From: Eukaryota sp. TZLM1-RC
Lineage: Eukaryota > Protista > Metamonada: BaSk clade
Direction of reading: 5' to 3'
Assembly (NCBI GenBank): GCA_040285825.1
Contig: JAUPSS010000011.1
Span: forward strand, 310,001 to 374,000
DNA length: 64,000 nt
Below the pieces are notes generated by a model that worked only from the letters and a program-made list of their open reading frames with translations, was not told where the DNA came from and did no database searches. A program made the position numbers and the translations under genes. Shown here piece by piece: positions 40,301 through 52,249 of this stretch. How positions within the stretch are numbered: position 1 is the stretch's first letter; each line of letters opens with the position of its first letter.

Positions 40301-41467
40301 TGAGTATGTTATTTAGGGCGTCCGCGTCAAAGAAGTCACTGACGGGATCCAACTTACTTGGATTTGTGCTGTCTGCTTGTTCCATGTATTCTCTGAAACA
40401 AGTAGGAGCCCCATCCTCTACCTCTGAGTAGTTATGAATGATCGTATCAAAGTACGAGTCCATCCATGCCGGTAATTTGGTTTCCAGGATGTCGTCGGTA
40501 TCGGTTCTGCTCCTTCGTTCAATGGCTAAGAACCTGATCCTTCTCCCGAACTGATCTAAATGAATGGCTTCCCAATCAGGCCTATCTTTGATAGGTTTTG
40601 CCAGAATCATATGGATCTCTCTATCCATACCGGTTATCCTAGGACGGCGTTCTGCCCCGCGTCCATAGGTCTCTCTACTCAAAGTGTCCAACGCGTTTAT
40701 GAGTTCTCTTCTCTCATTTTGGGGGAATTCGTAGACTCTATTAGGGTCCCCTTTATGGCCCAGAGTCTGGAATCCCACATTTCTACCAGATTTTGATATT
40801 TGCTTCCAAAGGGGAGGGAGCTGCTCGAACAGACAGTAATCTGTTGGTTCAAGGTGAGCTTCCGCGTCCTTCATTATCTGTTGGCGAAGCTCTTTTTCAT
40901 CGTCGTCCATTTCTTCTAAAACGGACTGGAGTTCTTCGTAGTCCTTTAGGGCAGACGAAGTATCCGAGCTTAACCCAACATTTTCTTTAGGTGAGGAGGG
41001 GGGTGGTCCCGTTCTTGAAACCTTATCTGGTTTGTTGGACATGGAAGAGGCGGGAGGTGGTTCCGTGCCTGGTTCCATTGTTTTTGATTTGGAAGAGGCG
41101 GGAGGTGGTTCCGTGCCTGGTTCCATTTCTTTCTCATGAGGAGGGGCGGAGGGTGGTCTCGAGCCCGAGTCCTCTTCTTTATTTGACTCTTCAGTCCCTG
41201 CTGTTGTTGTATATATGCTCAAAGCATCTCTATCGTACTGTTGCATCTGACTAATGTAAAAAATTTGGCTGGAGTCAGTGTCCTGGCGAGGAGAGACTGA
41301 CATGATATCCGCTGAAGATATCCTCTGTTTGATAGCTGTGAGTTGTGTAAACGGTATACCTATAACCTAATACGGCCAATAATTATTGTTGCCTTAGGTT
41401 GCAAAAGTGGTTGAGATAAAGATGATTTATTTTCTATTCATATTATAAAAGCCTTAGGGCGCCAACA
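34390..41467 (-). mobile_element. Ty3/gypsy LTR retrotransposon 3 (sister family), full length (7078 bp), TSD GATC
   Basis: Identical 81-bp LTRs at 34390-34470 and 41387-41467; GATC at 34386-34389 and 41468-41471. Confidence 0.95.
34595..41303 (-). CDS. Gag-Pol polyprotein of element 3 (probably one ~2235-aa ORF; apparent frameshift near 39862)
   Basis: 1785-aa ORF with Zn knuckle, PR, RT, RNase H, IN and chromodomain-like tail, plus an upstream 487-aa ORF. The equivalent junction is in frame in element 2. Confidence 0.85.
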
Positions 41468-42043
41468 GATCTTGGAATGGACCATTTTTAGTTATTGACC
41501 TTCCTTCCAAATCCACTTTATTATTGAAGAATCTTACTACTGGCACAGAATTAAAAGCTGCCAAGAAAGATTGCAAAATCTATAACGCAGAAAATCCACA
41601 GGACATTGAATTCCTCAAGGCAGTCGCTGCGGGCGATTCCGCAAAACACGTTATAGAGAAAATCCTCTCAGAATACCACTCTGATTCAGGTAGTTTCTGT
41701 ACTGTTCAGTGGTTTGGCGGTGAGACAACAGAAGAGCCACTCCATTCGGTTAGACACTCAGAAGCTTATAAGTTATTTAGTAAGGATAACAAGAAAATTG
41801 GAAAACGTACCATTAGTCGACGACAAGGTACCTCCAATGAGTCTACGCCTTCTAAGAAGCCTAGACGCAGTAATAGAATTAGGAAGAGGAGCTAATTCTT
41901 AGTTTATATCGATTATTTATATTATATTGTATTATTTATATTATATCGATTATATGTATTTATTATAGTTGTTTTGTTAATTGTATATAGTTTTTATTTC
42001 ATATTCATATAAGCTGATTTATTTTGAAAAAGGGAAGAAGCAG

Positions 42044-42122
42044 TGTTGGCGCCCTAAGGCTTATATAATATGAATAGAAAATAAATCAGACTTTTCTTTA
42101 CTACAATAGACTTTAGGCAACA
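42044..42122 (+). repeat. 3' LTR of element 1
   Basis: 79-bp match to the element 2 LTR, preceded by the PPT. Confidence 0.93.
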
Positions 42123-42885
42123 CCTGACGTTATTATGCACTTTGCTTCTAAACGTAATGAAATGTTTACAGTTCAAAAGGTGAGTAAACAAAAGAGGTTT
42201 ACCACATTTACAAGTTAAATGATTGGGCAAATTGTTTGGCCATAGAAAACAACCAAAACGCATGTTTAGAAGCCATTCATTGTTTTTTAACAAAAGTCCA
42301 TAAACAGAGGGAATTTGAGTTACTAAAGCAGCAGCTGAACTATCACGAATATCCTTTAAAAAATTACTGAAAGCGGGATTTTTAGTTTTGGCCAAGCCAA
42401 GTCTTACTTCATAATCCAAGCCTTCATATAATTTAACCAGATGGTGCTGAAGCTTTTTCAAGCAAAAACGTAAATTTGGAAGTGATCGGGTGGGAATTTC
42501 TTGAACATTTTGAGGAAAACACTGAATCCAGATATCACTAAGCAAATTTTCTAATTCAAATTGCAGTTGATTCAAGTAAAAATTTGATTCACCATTGATC
42601 AGATGAACATCAAAAGGGAACCTTTGGAAAAATTCAAAAACAAAATTTTTACCACCTCCCAAAAATGCTGCTTTACACAGAATCGAAGATTTGGTGAATC
42701 CAATTCCACCCAAATCTGCTGAACAAAATACATGACTTCGAATTAAAGATTCATTTACTTCTAATAAAGAAGAAAAAAATTTGACTCGAAGTTTGTTAAA
42801 AGATCTGCAAAAATTGAGAGATACCGATGGGGGAGTTGACCTTAAAATATGAGTGAATTTTCCAGAATAACAAATTTTTAAAATT
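42123..42885 (-). mobile_element. Fragment of an RLE non-LTR retrotransposon, abutting the LTR of element 1
   Basis: LKICYSGKFTHILRST...CKCGKP..HLLNCKHF; homologous to 3940-4690. Confidence 0.8.
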
Positions 42886-43479
42886 TCAGGTGCTAACAAG
42901 AAAAATGGTATTAAGTATTACTGAGTTTCACAATGTACGTGCTCATGAACCCGTAAATAGTGAGAATCTACCTTCATTCTGTTAGTGATCACTTATTTAG
43001 AATATTGCTTTGCATTGTTGTTGTTTATAGTAATCTTGTTTGCATTCTTGGTATAAAGCCAATTTCAAAAGAAAAAAAGAAAAATGGTATCCACACAATC
43101 AAACTCCAATCACCAACTGTTGTATCATGTAGTTCTTCTTTGAAGAAAAGAAAACATTCGATATGTAACCTAGAGTGATATGTATCATCAATAAACATTT
43201 GACACTAACTTTACTTTGAATTGGCAACTATAAGTTTGATTGATTTCATCAATTTTCATTTTAAGGAGACCAATTTTTAATCATTTCTAACCAGAGTGCG
43301 CAAGCACGCGGTGTTCAGGATTTCTAACACGCTCCAACACGTGTTGGAAATTGTTAAGAGCCCAATTAATATTGCTTAATATAGTTTTATAGTGTTGCAC
43401 AAAACGTGTTTCTGTTTCCCCGTTTCCGTTTTATAATAAAACTTCACAACAACCTATTCACCTAGCCACAACTTTTGGT

Positions 43480-45880
43480 AATGACACTTGCTCCAGAATG
43501 TGCTACTGTCCTTAAAATTGACAATCGTAACCCTCCTGCTGCTTCCCCCAACTTTAACTTTGTTTGCCAATTCTTTGATTTAAATGAAGACTATTTGTAA
43601 TATTTTGTTAATAAACGTTTGTTGAAGTAATATGTAATTTTCAACAATTGGTTTCATTGATAGTTGTTCCTCCTCCTGAGCTTACTGCTGCACGTCTTAT
43701 TGCTTTGATAAAACCTGGTAGTGATACTAAGCCTTCGGGAATTCGTCCAATTTCAGTAGGTGAATCTCTATCTCGATTGTTTGCCTCAATTATTTTCAAT
43801 AGAATTGTTAAAAAGGCTGCTAAATTTTTATTGCCAATGCAATTTGGTATTCAAACGATTGATGGAGCTTCAGTCGCTGCACTGACATCAGACTTGTTCT
43901 TTAACTCCAAAGAAAACAATTTTATTTTCAATTTGGATTTTAGCAACGCTTTTAATAGTGTGAAAAGAAAAGCAATTTATGAGGTAATTCGAAACATTTT
44001 CCTGAACTATCAAGTTATTTCTATTTGTTTTACGGTAAACCCAATGAATTAGTATATGATGTTTTTTTTCTCAACTCTTCATCAGGTGCAAAACAAGGGG
44101 ATCCTTTAGGCCCATTATTATTTTGCATAGCAATTCAAGAATCATTGATTGTTATCAATGAAAAATACCCTTCTCTAAAAATTGTAGGTTACATGGATGA
44201 CATCTCCCTTATCGGTCCTTTCGACGTTGTCCAAAAAGCTTCTAATGAAATTCCTGGACAATATAAAATCACTGGTCTTCATTTGAATCCTAAAAAATGT
44301 TTATTAATTGGTAATGATTTCAAAGACTTTAAAATTAATAATTGTAAAATTCCTTTTACCAAATATTCACAAGAAGCTGTTCGTTCTTTAGGATTCTGGT
44401 TGGGAAATGTTGATGAAATTACTAAAAAATTTAACGAACTTGTTGCAAAACTTGGTAATGAGCTTCAATTAATTTCTGAATTAGAAATTGAAAAACATAT
44501 ATAATTTTGGATTTTTAAAATTTGTTACTCCAGACAAATTACTCATTTATTGAGGTCAACAGCACCTTCATTGTTTATCGATTTTGGCCGATCATTTAAT
44601 CAACTTCGTACAACTTTCTTTGCTTCCCTATTAGAAGTGAATCCTGAGCTAATTCGAGCTCACTTGTTCTCTTCTTCACAATTTGGTGGTTTTGGCTTTA
44701 CCAAATCTTCAATTCTTTGTCAAGCAGCTTTTGTTGGTGGTGGCAAAAATTAAATTTTTGAATTTCTTAATCGTTTCCCTGAAGATATTCATTTGCTTAG
44801 TCCATCATTTTCAAAATATTTGTCTGACCTTGATGTTGCCATTAATAAAATTGCACCACAAATTTGGTGTCAATGTTTTCCCGACTCAGTTCAACAGATT
44901 CCTCCACGAAATTTAGTTAATTTAAAGTATTGTGTGCAGTAGCTTCAACAAAATCAGACAGCAATATTTGAAGGCTTGGATTATGAAGTACGTCTTGGCA
45001 TGGCCAAGCAAAAAATCCCGCTTTTGCAAATTTTTTACTGGATGTTTGTGATAGTTCTGCCTCTTGTTTAATTAACCAAGTACCAAAAATTAATGGTTTG
45101 TTTCTCAATGACCCTTGCTTTTCATTATCTATGCGTCTTCGATCTTTTATTTGGCCTGATAATCTTCCTCATGGATTAATTTGTAAATGTGGAAAGTCTG
45201 TCACTCCAACCCATTTATTTAATTGTAATCGATTTTTTACTTTTAGATCAAAAGTGCATGGTGAAGTTTGTGATCAGCTTTATTGTATGTGTAAGTACTA
45301 CAAGATTGAATCTTTTTTTAGAACCTTTGCAATCAAATTTGGCTGATGAATCTGACAGAAATTTTTTCGGTGACAGCCGTGGTGATGTGCTAGTTCCCGG
45401 ACTTGATGGATCAATGATCATTATTGATGTCAGATCTACTGATGTATCAAACAGCTCAAATGAAAAACTGGCACAATCTTATAAATCACCTTTACGTAGA
45501 GCTGAAGAAGCATAAATTATTAAGTACACAGAAATAAATCAATAATCTGAATTCCGACTCACATACTCAATACCTTCTTTGTCTTTTGTTTTTTCTTTAT
45601 TTGGAACCTTGGGTAAAACTGCGTTATCTTTGTTGCACGATTTCTCTTCTATTGTCAAAAATAGAACTGGAAGAATATTTGACCGAACCTTTTGGCAAAA
45701 CAGAATTGTATTTTCTATTTTTAAGGGAATGTTTAGTCTTGTTTCTAGCTCGTTGTTATCACTAGGAAAATTTTATGAAGAAAAAGCTGTAGGTGAGTTT
45801 TCTATAGTAGATGTTGAGTATGAGGAGATTGATTTTTGATTTTTTATAATTTTGTTTGAATAGAATATGTATCAAAAAAA
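43480..45880 (+). mobile_element. Degenerate RLE non-LTR retrotransposon
   Basis: GIRPISVGE, LDFSNAFNSV, KQGDPLGP, YMDD, CKC..HLFNC and RGDV..IIDV motifs across frameshifted ORFs; A-rich tail. Confidence 0.85.
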
Positions 45881-46043
45881 TATGTAAAAACTATCAAAGC
45901 AAAATCAATCCATAAGGTATGACAAAAGCATAACACGCGGTGTTAAGGATTCTTTACACATTCCAACACGTGCTGAAAATAAACACGTGTTAAGGATTGA
46001 TGCGTACTCTGTTTTTAACTGTTTTCCTTCTGTGATGACTGTC

Positions 46044-47545
46044 ATGAATAACACTCTACAAACCACAACTGTGGGAGCGTCTGTTAACCAGTTCCTTTGG
46101 CTTAGAGGCATGAGAAGCTATGGAACGCCGGTTCCAAGTTCTCGCTAGTATTGAAGCTCATGCTACTCACCAAGCACGACTCTTTGTACTCCGATACTTA
46201 AAACAGTCTAGGTGGCTTACTCAAAGCCAGTTCTGGAGCCTCTGTTTCGACTTTGTTTGTGAAAGAGAACGCAAACAGAGAAAAACAATCCTCTGGATTT
46301 TCAAGGCTGCAACATCTCGTGCAGCACTTTTGGCCTTGGCATTCACGGAATGATACCACGTCAGCCAACGGTGGTACATTGGTGCCATTCCAGTCTGTTT
46401 GGCAGTCGAGCCATTCAACTGAGGAAAGCTTTTTGCCAGCTGTTGGCTGACGGCTTTGTTGCTTGGAAAACAATTTTTTCAAGAGATGTGCCCAGAGACT
46501 GAATTGCCCTGGTCCTAAAAAGTACGTCGAGTGTGTACTTCAAGATCTTCAGCCGAATGACTCTATTTCACAATGGTATCAAGAAATGTACCAACCTATT
46601 TTGACCCACTTGCTAAATACGACAGCAAATCCCTATATTGGTGGGGGTCCAAATATGTTGGAAACCTCAACCAGAAATGAACGATTTACCATAAATGTGG
46701 AAACTGCAGCCACAATCTTTCAGTCAGGACTGAACATTTTATCTTTTCTAGAAAATAACTGCCCTGGGGTTATGAAAAGACATTCTCTCTCACTTTTATC
46801 CAGTTAGTCTCCAAGTTTCTGCAGTTTGAATAAAAAACCGAAGTTTATTTAACAAAACTTAATGAAACCAAAGAGCTGCTGAACAACCCTTATCGGTTTT
46901 TTAATAAATCTAAATTTATTAATTATACCATTTTTCAAATGGTGATTCTCTGCGGTTTATGTTCACCCAGAAGACAAGGAAAACATATAGTTACCCGACT
47001 AAAGCGGAATTTGAGTCGAGACGTGTCTCTTGAAATAATGATTTTCAGAACTCTGTAAGGAAAAAAAACGTAATGGCCATAGAAAAGCAAATCCACAGCG
47101 GAGCCAGTGGATGGACATTCCAATTATCGAGATTCTGGTGGAAATTTTTTTGTAGCGATTGACCCCAACGTCAGCAATCTTTGTGGGTGAACTACTGGTT
47201 GTTTCCAAAATTCTGCACATGTTTTTGAGGGTTCTGGCTTGCTGCTAAACCCAAAAGAACGAATATCAAATCGCCTTCCTCCTCTCACTCAAGCAACTCC
47301 TAATACTTATTCCGCTCAGAGCTTCCAGAGGTATCTGATTGAAATAAGTTTACCTTATGTTTCTGCATCTGAGGAAGGACCTGAATATTTTTCAATTATG
47401 TGTGGAAACCTGCAGCGTGGTGCAAGAAAAAAGTTGAGAAGAAATAAGTTTGAATTTTTCATACGAAGACAAAAGAGACTAACTGGTTTTATCAACAAAA
47501 TTATACGCTTGACTGAGAAGGAAACACTACAGTTTGGTTCTGCAT
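46044..47545 (+). pseudogene. Degenerate, 3'-truncated Fanzor family C (relative of family B)
   Basis: MERRFQVL..QARLFVLRY..FWSLCFDFV aligns with the B N-terminus; FVAIDPN (RuvC-I) near 47150; RRNKFEFFIRRQKRL. Lacks RuvC-II/III. Confidence 0.8.
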
Positions 47546-47642
47546 TTAATTTCATTCAATATCCATTTGATGTGAAATTCTCAGGTTGTCTGGCAAAAAA
47601 AATGAAAAACCGATTTGTTTTATCCTGCATTTGGGAGACCTA

Positions 47643-48464
47643 ATGAGAACATATGGGTGTTTACGATCATGTAAGCCTGACAACAACATAGATAGGTCCT
47701 GTTCCTCTCCTCTATCCGACACTAGCAAGATCACCAAGTCGTCAACTACTCTCAAACAGAAGTCTTTACTTCATTTCTTCCGAAAAGGTGTTTCGCTTGA
47801 ACATTTTGACCGTACAAGGACGAACCTATTATGCTCAAATGAACCCGTTCACCCAGTTACATCTTCGAATGAGGCTCCAGACCTAAAGCAGATGTTTTTT
47901 ACCAGAAACTTTGCTCCACCCACTCACAGTAAGGAGGAGCGTTCCATTGCTGTTTCAGGACTGCATTTGTCAACTTTGCCTCAACAACCAGCCTTTTCTA
48001 GTGGTAATTTTCGTTTACACTACTTGAAATCCAATACAAAAGTGAGTAATTCAATTCTAAAATTCTTGTTAGTTGTAAACAAAAGCTTGGGCTATCCTAG
48101 CGAAGATTCTACTAAATTTGATGTTGTTATAGCAACTACAATGGTCGATTCGAAAAGTTTTATTGTGGGTGCAGTTCTGTTTTCATATTCTGTTGAATCA
48201 TACCCTCTCAGTTGCTTTACATCGAAGAGTACGAAAGCAGAGTTTAAACAAACATCCATCGGAGTTGATAGGATGTTCGTCGTGGAAAAGTACAGACGAC
48301 AGGGACTGTGCTCAAAAATGCTTATTTACATTAAACAATTGACAAGGCAAACGCTTATATCGTTTTCCCAACCAACAGCTGACGGATTAGCACTTGCTAA
48401 AAGTTTTACTGGTACATGTGATGTTCTTGTTTATGGGGAATTGTCCAGTAACGATACTGTCTAG
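47643..48464 (+). CDS. ECO1: Eco1/ESCO-like cohesin acetyltransferase (GNAT)
   Basis: PIP-box-like KQKSLLHFF; IGVDRMFVVEKYRRQGLCSKML; ISFSQPTADGLALAKSF..VLVY. Confidence 0.75.
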   Translation: MRTYGCLRSCKPDNNIDRSCSSPLSDTSKITKSSTTLKQKSLLHFFRKGVSLEHFDRTRTNLLCSNEPVHPVTSSNEAPDLKQMFFTRNFAPPTHSKEERSIAVSGLHLSTLPQQPAFSSGNFRLHYLKSNTKVSNSILKFLLVVNKSLGYPSEDSTKFDVVIATTMVDSKSFIVGAVLFSYSVESYPLSCFTSKSTKAEFKQTSIGVDRMFVVEKYRRQGLCSKMLIYIKQLTRQTLISFSQPTADGLALAKSFTGTCDVLVYGELSSNDTV

Positions 48465-48914
48465 TATTGGAAACGTGTTGTAATAAAGTTGAGCAAAAAC
48501 TTACTATATATGGGAATCTGAAAAGGATGAAGCAGCCAAAGATTTAATTCCTGGAGGCCTGCTATGTCCAAGTCTTAGATGTTGCTTGGATCATGATGAA
48601 ATCAAAGAAGTCTATGGCAATTTACTTGAGTAGATTGTGAATGTTGTTATTTTTTAGATAAAGTTTACTGTGGTTTTCACTTTAATTGCATTTTGGTGTA
48701 TTTTTTTTCACCAACCAGATCTTGCACCAACGTCTGGTTTCTCTCTACGACATTTATGGGCCTTAGTTTTCAACTTTTACTTAATGGTGTAGACATAAAA
48801 CACAGAAAACCTAGAACACACAGTTCAGGAGCTTCTTAGCATAATAACGTGCTAATAATGTTCAAATAAACAACAAAAAACATCAACTATTTATTTACAA
48901 AATAACTTACTTTA

Positions 48915-49265
48915 TTACAGATTGTTTAAATGAACAGAGATATCTTCAACAGTATTGAGAAGGGCTTCCAGCTCTCGTTCGTTTAGCTCAATGTTAACAT
49001 TTTCTTTCGAGATGCCATTAGAAAGCTTCAAACCAAGTAAAACGCTAGGGACAGAAGCGTTTTTGTTTAATGAATGACTAACAGATATGTTTAACTTCCA
49101 ATCAGAGCTTTCAAGGAAAGTTTTCCTGGTATTATTACCGGATGAGCGAGGAGCAGGAGGTGTGTACATGGACTGTACCGGATGAGGCGTCGGTGGTAGA
49201 GCAGCATAAGTTGCAGTTTGTGGAGGGCCAGTAGTGGGGCATGAAGTATTCTTGGAAATTGACAT
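48915..49265 (-). CDS. Short COMM-domain protein (COMMD6-like architecture)
   Basis: SDWKLNISVS..PSVLLGLKL..VNIELNERELEALLNTVEDISVHL matches the COMM-domain pattern. Confidence 0.7.
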   Translation of the reverse strand: MSISKNTSCPTTGPPQTATYAALPPTPHPVQSMYTPPAPRSSGNNTRKTFLESSDWKLNISVSHSLNKNASVPSVLLGLKLSNGISKENVNIELNERELEALLNTVEDISVHLNNL

Positions 49266-49298
49266 TTTAGATAAAGTATAAGAGTATAAGAGTATAAG

Positions 49299-49669
49299 AG
49301 TGCCAATGTATGATGAACACCTACACTACAAGAAACAATGTTAGAGAAGAAGGGTAACTGGAAATTCTTTCTACCAGTAGCATGAGGAGGAAAACATCGG
49401 GAGAGAACACCAGGTGTTGGAGATGAGAATAAAGAAACAGAAGATGCAACAGAGCCAATAAGGTTGATTCGTTTTATGCGAGACCAGAGAATTGAGTTTC
49501 CTTTAGATATGTAGCGAATTCTGTGAGATGGTACAGATAAGGCAAGAAAATCGTGAAGAGGGAGGAAGAATACACCGCCAAATGTATCCTCAAAACCAAC
49601 AAAGAAACGTTCTTTAGACAAAGAAGTATCGTGGACTAATCTGTTGATGATGCTGAGAGCGTCTTTCAT
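49299..49669 (-). CDS. MJ1316 (LENG9-like) domain ORF followed by one RCC1-like repeat; probably truncated
   Basis: IINRLVHD..FFVGFEDTFGG..VPSHRIRYI..LWSRIKRINLI; IVSCSVGVHHTLAL. The ORF tail runs out of frame into the COMM gene. Confidence 0.6.
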
Positions 49670-49711
49670 GAGTTACATAGAGTTGAAATTCCAGAAACTT
49701 TTACAAAGAAT

Positions 49712-52094
49712 ACCTAGTTTATGAACCTAGTTTATGAATTGAGGGGAAAGTGTGGGAATAGTGAAAACCTCCCAAAACCAAGTTGAGGGTTAAAAACCTC
49801 CCAGAACAGGCAACCAGAAGTCGAAAATGGGGTGACAAGTGTAAAATTTGATAGATGAGCTCTTTATTCTCACTACATGACAGACATCCCCTCTGTGTCA
49901 CGTGTATTCACTCGGTCTTGTGCACTTAACTCGCTGCTGACCCCTGCAGCGGTGCAACAAATTCGGACGGACCTTCCTTTGGTCACCGAGATTTGTCATG
50001 AAGCTTCTTTATTGCTTCAATCTTTTCTTCTAAATTTTCCGTTGGCATCTAGAGCTTTAGTGGAACAGGATGTATGGTATCTGTTTATGACCGTCATCAC
50101 CACTGGTTCTTTTCCTAAGCCTTCCACATCTAAAGGCCAACGCCAATTACTCCATAACTTTTGCAATGGATTTCTTCCAGAATGCCCACAAGACAGGTCT
50201 CTTGTTTCTTTGTGGGAAAATTCTTTAGTGCCTTACAGAAATTCATTAAATCTTTTTCTCAATGCTTGGCTGCAATCTCAGAATTGTAATTTTATCAATA
50301 GAAAAGGGCTTTCTCCTTACCTTGCTTGTCGGGCTCGTCAATTGGCGTCTAACGTGAAGACAAGTTTACCTAAAATTTGTCAATCCTGGACAAAAAACTT
50401 TATTCATGCTCATTGTAGAGCCCTGGATAAAACAAATGTCTTTGCAAATAATATTCTTTCTTTTACCAGATGAACCATTAGCCCAACCCGAGGAAGTAGT
50501 TGTTGATTCTGTTCTCAAACACTACATCGATTTCAATCTGAATAATTCAAGAGAATGATTCTTTTTATTAAATGTATGTAAGTTTATCTTGAACTTCCTT
50601 CAAAGATTTCCTACCACTGCCTCCCTACTGTCCTCACATGATAAAATCACCTTTTCATCAAAGGAAATTGGTGAGCTTTTTCTCTTTAATCTTAAAATTT
50701 CACAATACTTACCCACTTTCTTTTCTCACATGCATTGCTGGAAGAAATTTAGAATAATACCTTTAGCTTCTCATAAAGGTTCTAAATTTCATGAGGTACC
50801 TTCACATGTTTTCCACTCTGTGAAAAAATTTCCACTTATTGAAGGATTTTCTTCCAAAACAAAGTTTATCAAAAATACATGTCTGAAACGAGTATTCAAA
50901 CAATGTCCTTACCAAAAATTCAATATCAACAGAAAAAGTTTGAAAAATAGATTTAAAAAAATTTTATTGAAAACTAATGGTAATGAACTGCTTTTGACCT
51001 TTGAAGGTAAAAATAATGACTCAGAAAACACAGATGAGCTGGATGAACCACCGAAAAAGAAAAGAAGATCAAAAAATGAAATGAAAAGTGACCCTGATGC
51101 CAACAAAACCAGAGAAACACAGTTGAAGGGCACTAAAAAAATGCCCCGTCGAAGACGTAGACATCCAGTCGAAATTTTACCTGAAATGCCCCTTATTGGT
51201 GTTGATCTGGGCCAATCAAGATTATGTGGTTACTTCTTAACTGATGATCAATGTGGAGTTATCCCTTGTCCAACTGGCAGGAGGTACAGGACAAAACCTT
51301 CACCCAGTAAACACTCTCCCAACCAATATTCCGTTCAAAATTTCAACCAATATTTGAACCATTGGAATTTGGTTAGGAGGAAAGTGTATTTGGAAAGTAA
51401 TCGCCAGAAATGGAAAATAATTAAATTTGATAACCGCAGACGAAAAGAGAGAGGTTTCGAGAGAGTCTCAACAAATTTCAAAGGCTGGCTGGACATCCTG
51501 AAAAACTCTATCTTACTGTGGGTTCTGCTAATTTCCCTTCTCATTGCCGAAAAGTCAATCGATATGGATCAGCAAGAGCTTTCAGAAAATGGTTGTGTTA
51601 TCAAAAGGACGTGAAGCACTTGTCAACCAGTGAATTTAATACAAGCAAACTGTCAAGTTGTTGCATGGCCGAGAATATTCAAGCAGGATCATGGCAGATG
51701 CGTATTTGTACTGAGTGTCAAATAGTATATGACAGAGATATTTCCGCTGCAAAAAATATTCAAATTAAGAAGAAAGCGGAATTGTGGCCGGAAAGATACA
51801 TTTGCCCAGATGCTCTGTTGAGGAGATGAATAGGGAACGTGAGCATACAGAAACTAAAACTTTTGAGACCGATCTACAAATGCCTTAGTAGCATTTGGTA
51901 GATCCACTTAGATACATCAAGTCGCGAGGCTTTGTTCTGTGAAAGCAGTAGGTGTATTTAAGTGAGGTAGCCCATTGATGAAGATCATGATTGTCTTAAA
52001 CATGATCGTCTCTTACAGCCTGTGAGTAGACATTGAGAAAGTTGAAAACAGGAGTGAATTTCACAGGGGAATGTATGATAAGTGAAATTCACAG
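49712..52094 (+). mobile_element. Fanzor family A copy 2 (left end truncated; ORF 49877-51829 broken by frameshifts and a TGA)
   Basis: High identity to copy 1; ends GAAATTCACAG|TA (TA at 52095-52096). Confidence 0.88.
51871..52094 (+). ncRNA. Putative omegaRNA scaffold, Fanzor A copy 2
   Basis: Stems: GATCTAC/GTAGATC, CACTTAGATAC/GTATTTAAGTG enclosing AAGTC-GCGA-GGCTT and CTGT-GAAA-GCAG, GTCT-CTTACA/TGTGAG-T-AGAC, GTGAATTTCAC/GTGAAATTCAC. Confidence 0.7.
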
Positions 52095-52249
52095 TAGATA
52101 AAGTGTTGATTTATTAAATTTGATTTGCACACCCCAAAATTTAATCCTCAACCATTAATAGATGGATTGATGATGTCCTTTGCAAGGAGATGTCTACTAA
52201 CCTTTATCACTGCATACATTGATTTCTGTCCTTGTAATTAGTTTTCACC

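Larger units (their letters stand above)
22011..42122 (+). mobile_element. Ty3/gypsy LTR retrotransposon 1 (5'-truncated host element, interrupted by elements 2 and 3)
   Basis: gag-PR-RT-RH-IN order. Segments 22011-26870, 34064-34389 and 41468-42122 are colinear with element 2; 3' LTR at 42044-42122. Confidence 0.9.

Noticed and set aside
35550-41254. Many short antisense ORFs across the retrotransposons
   Set aside because: Shadow ORFs of long coding frames with no motifs.
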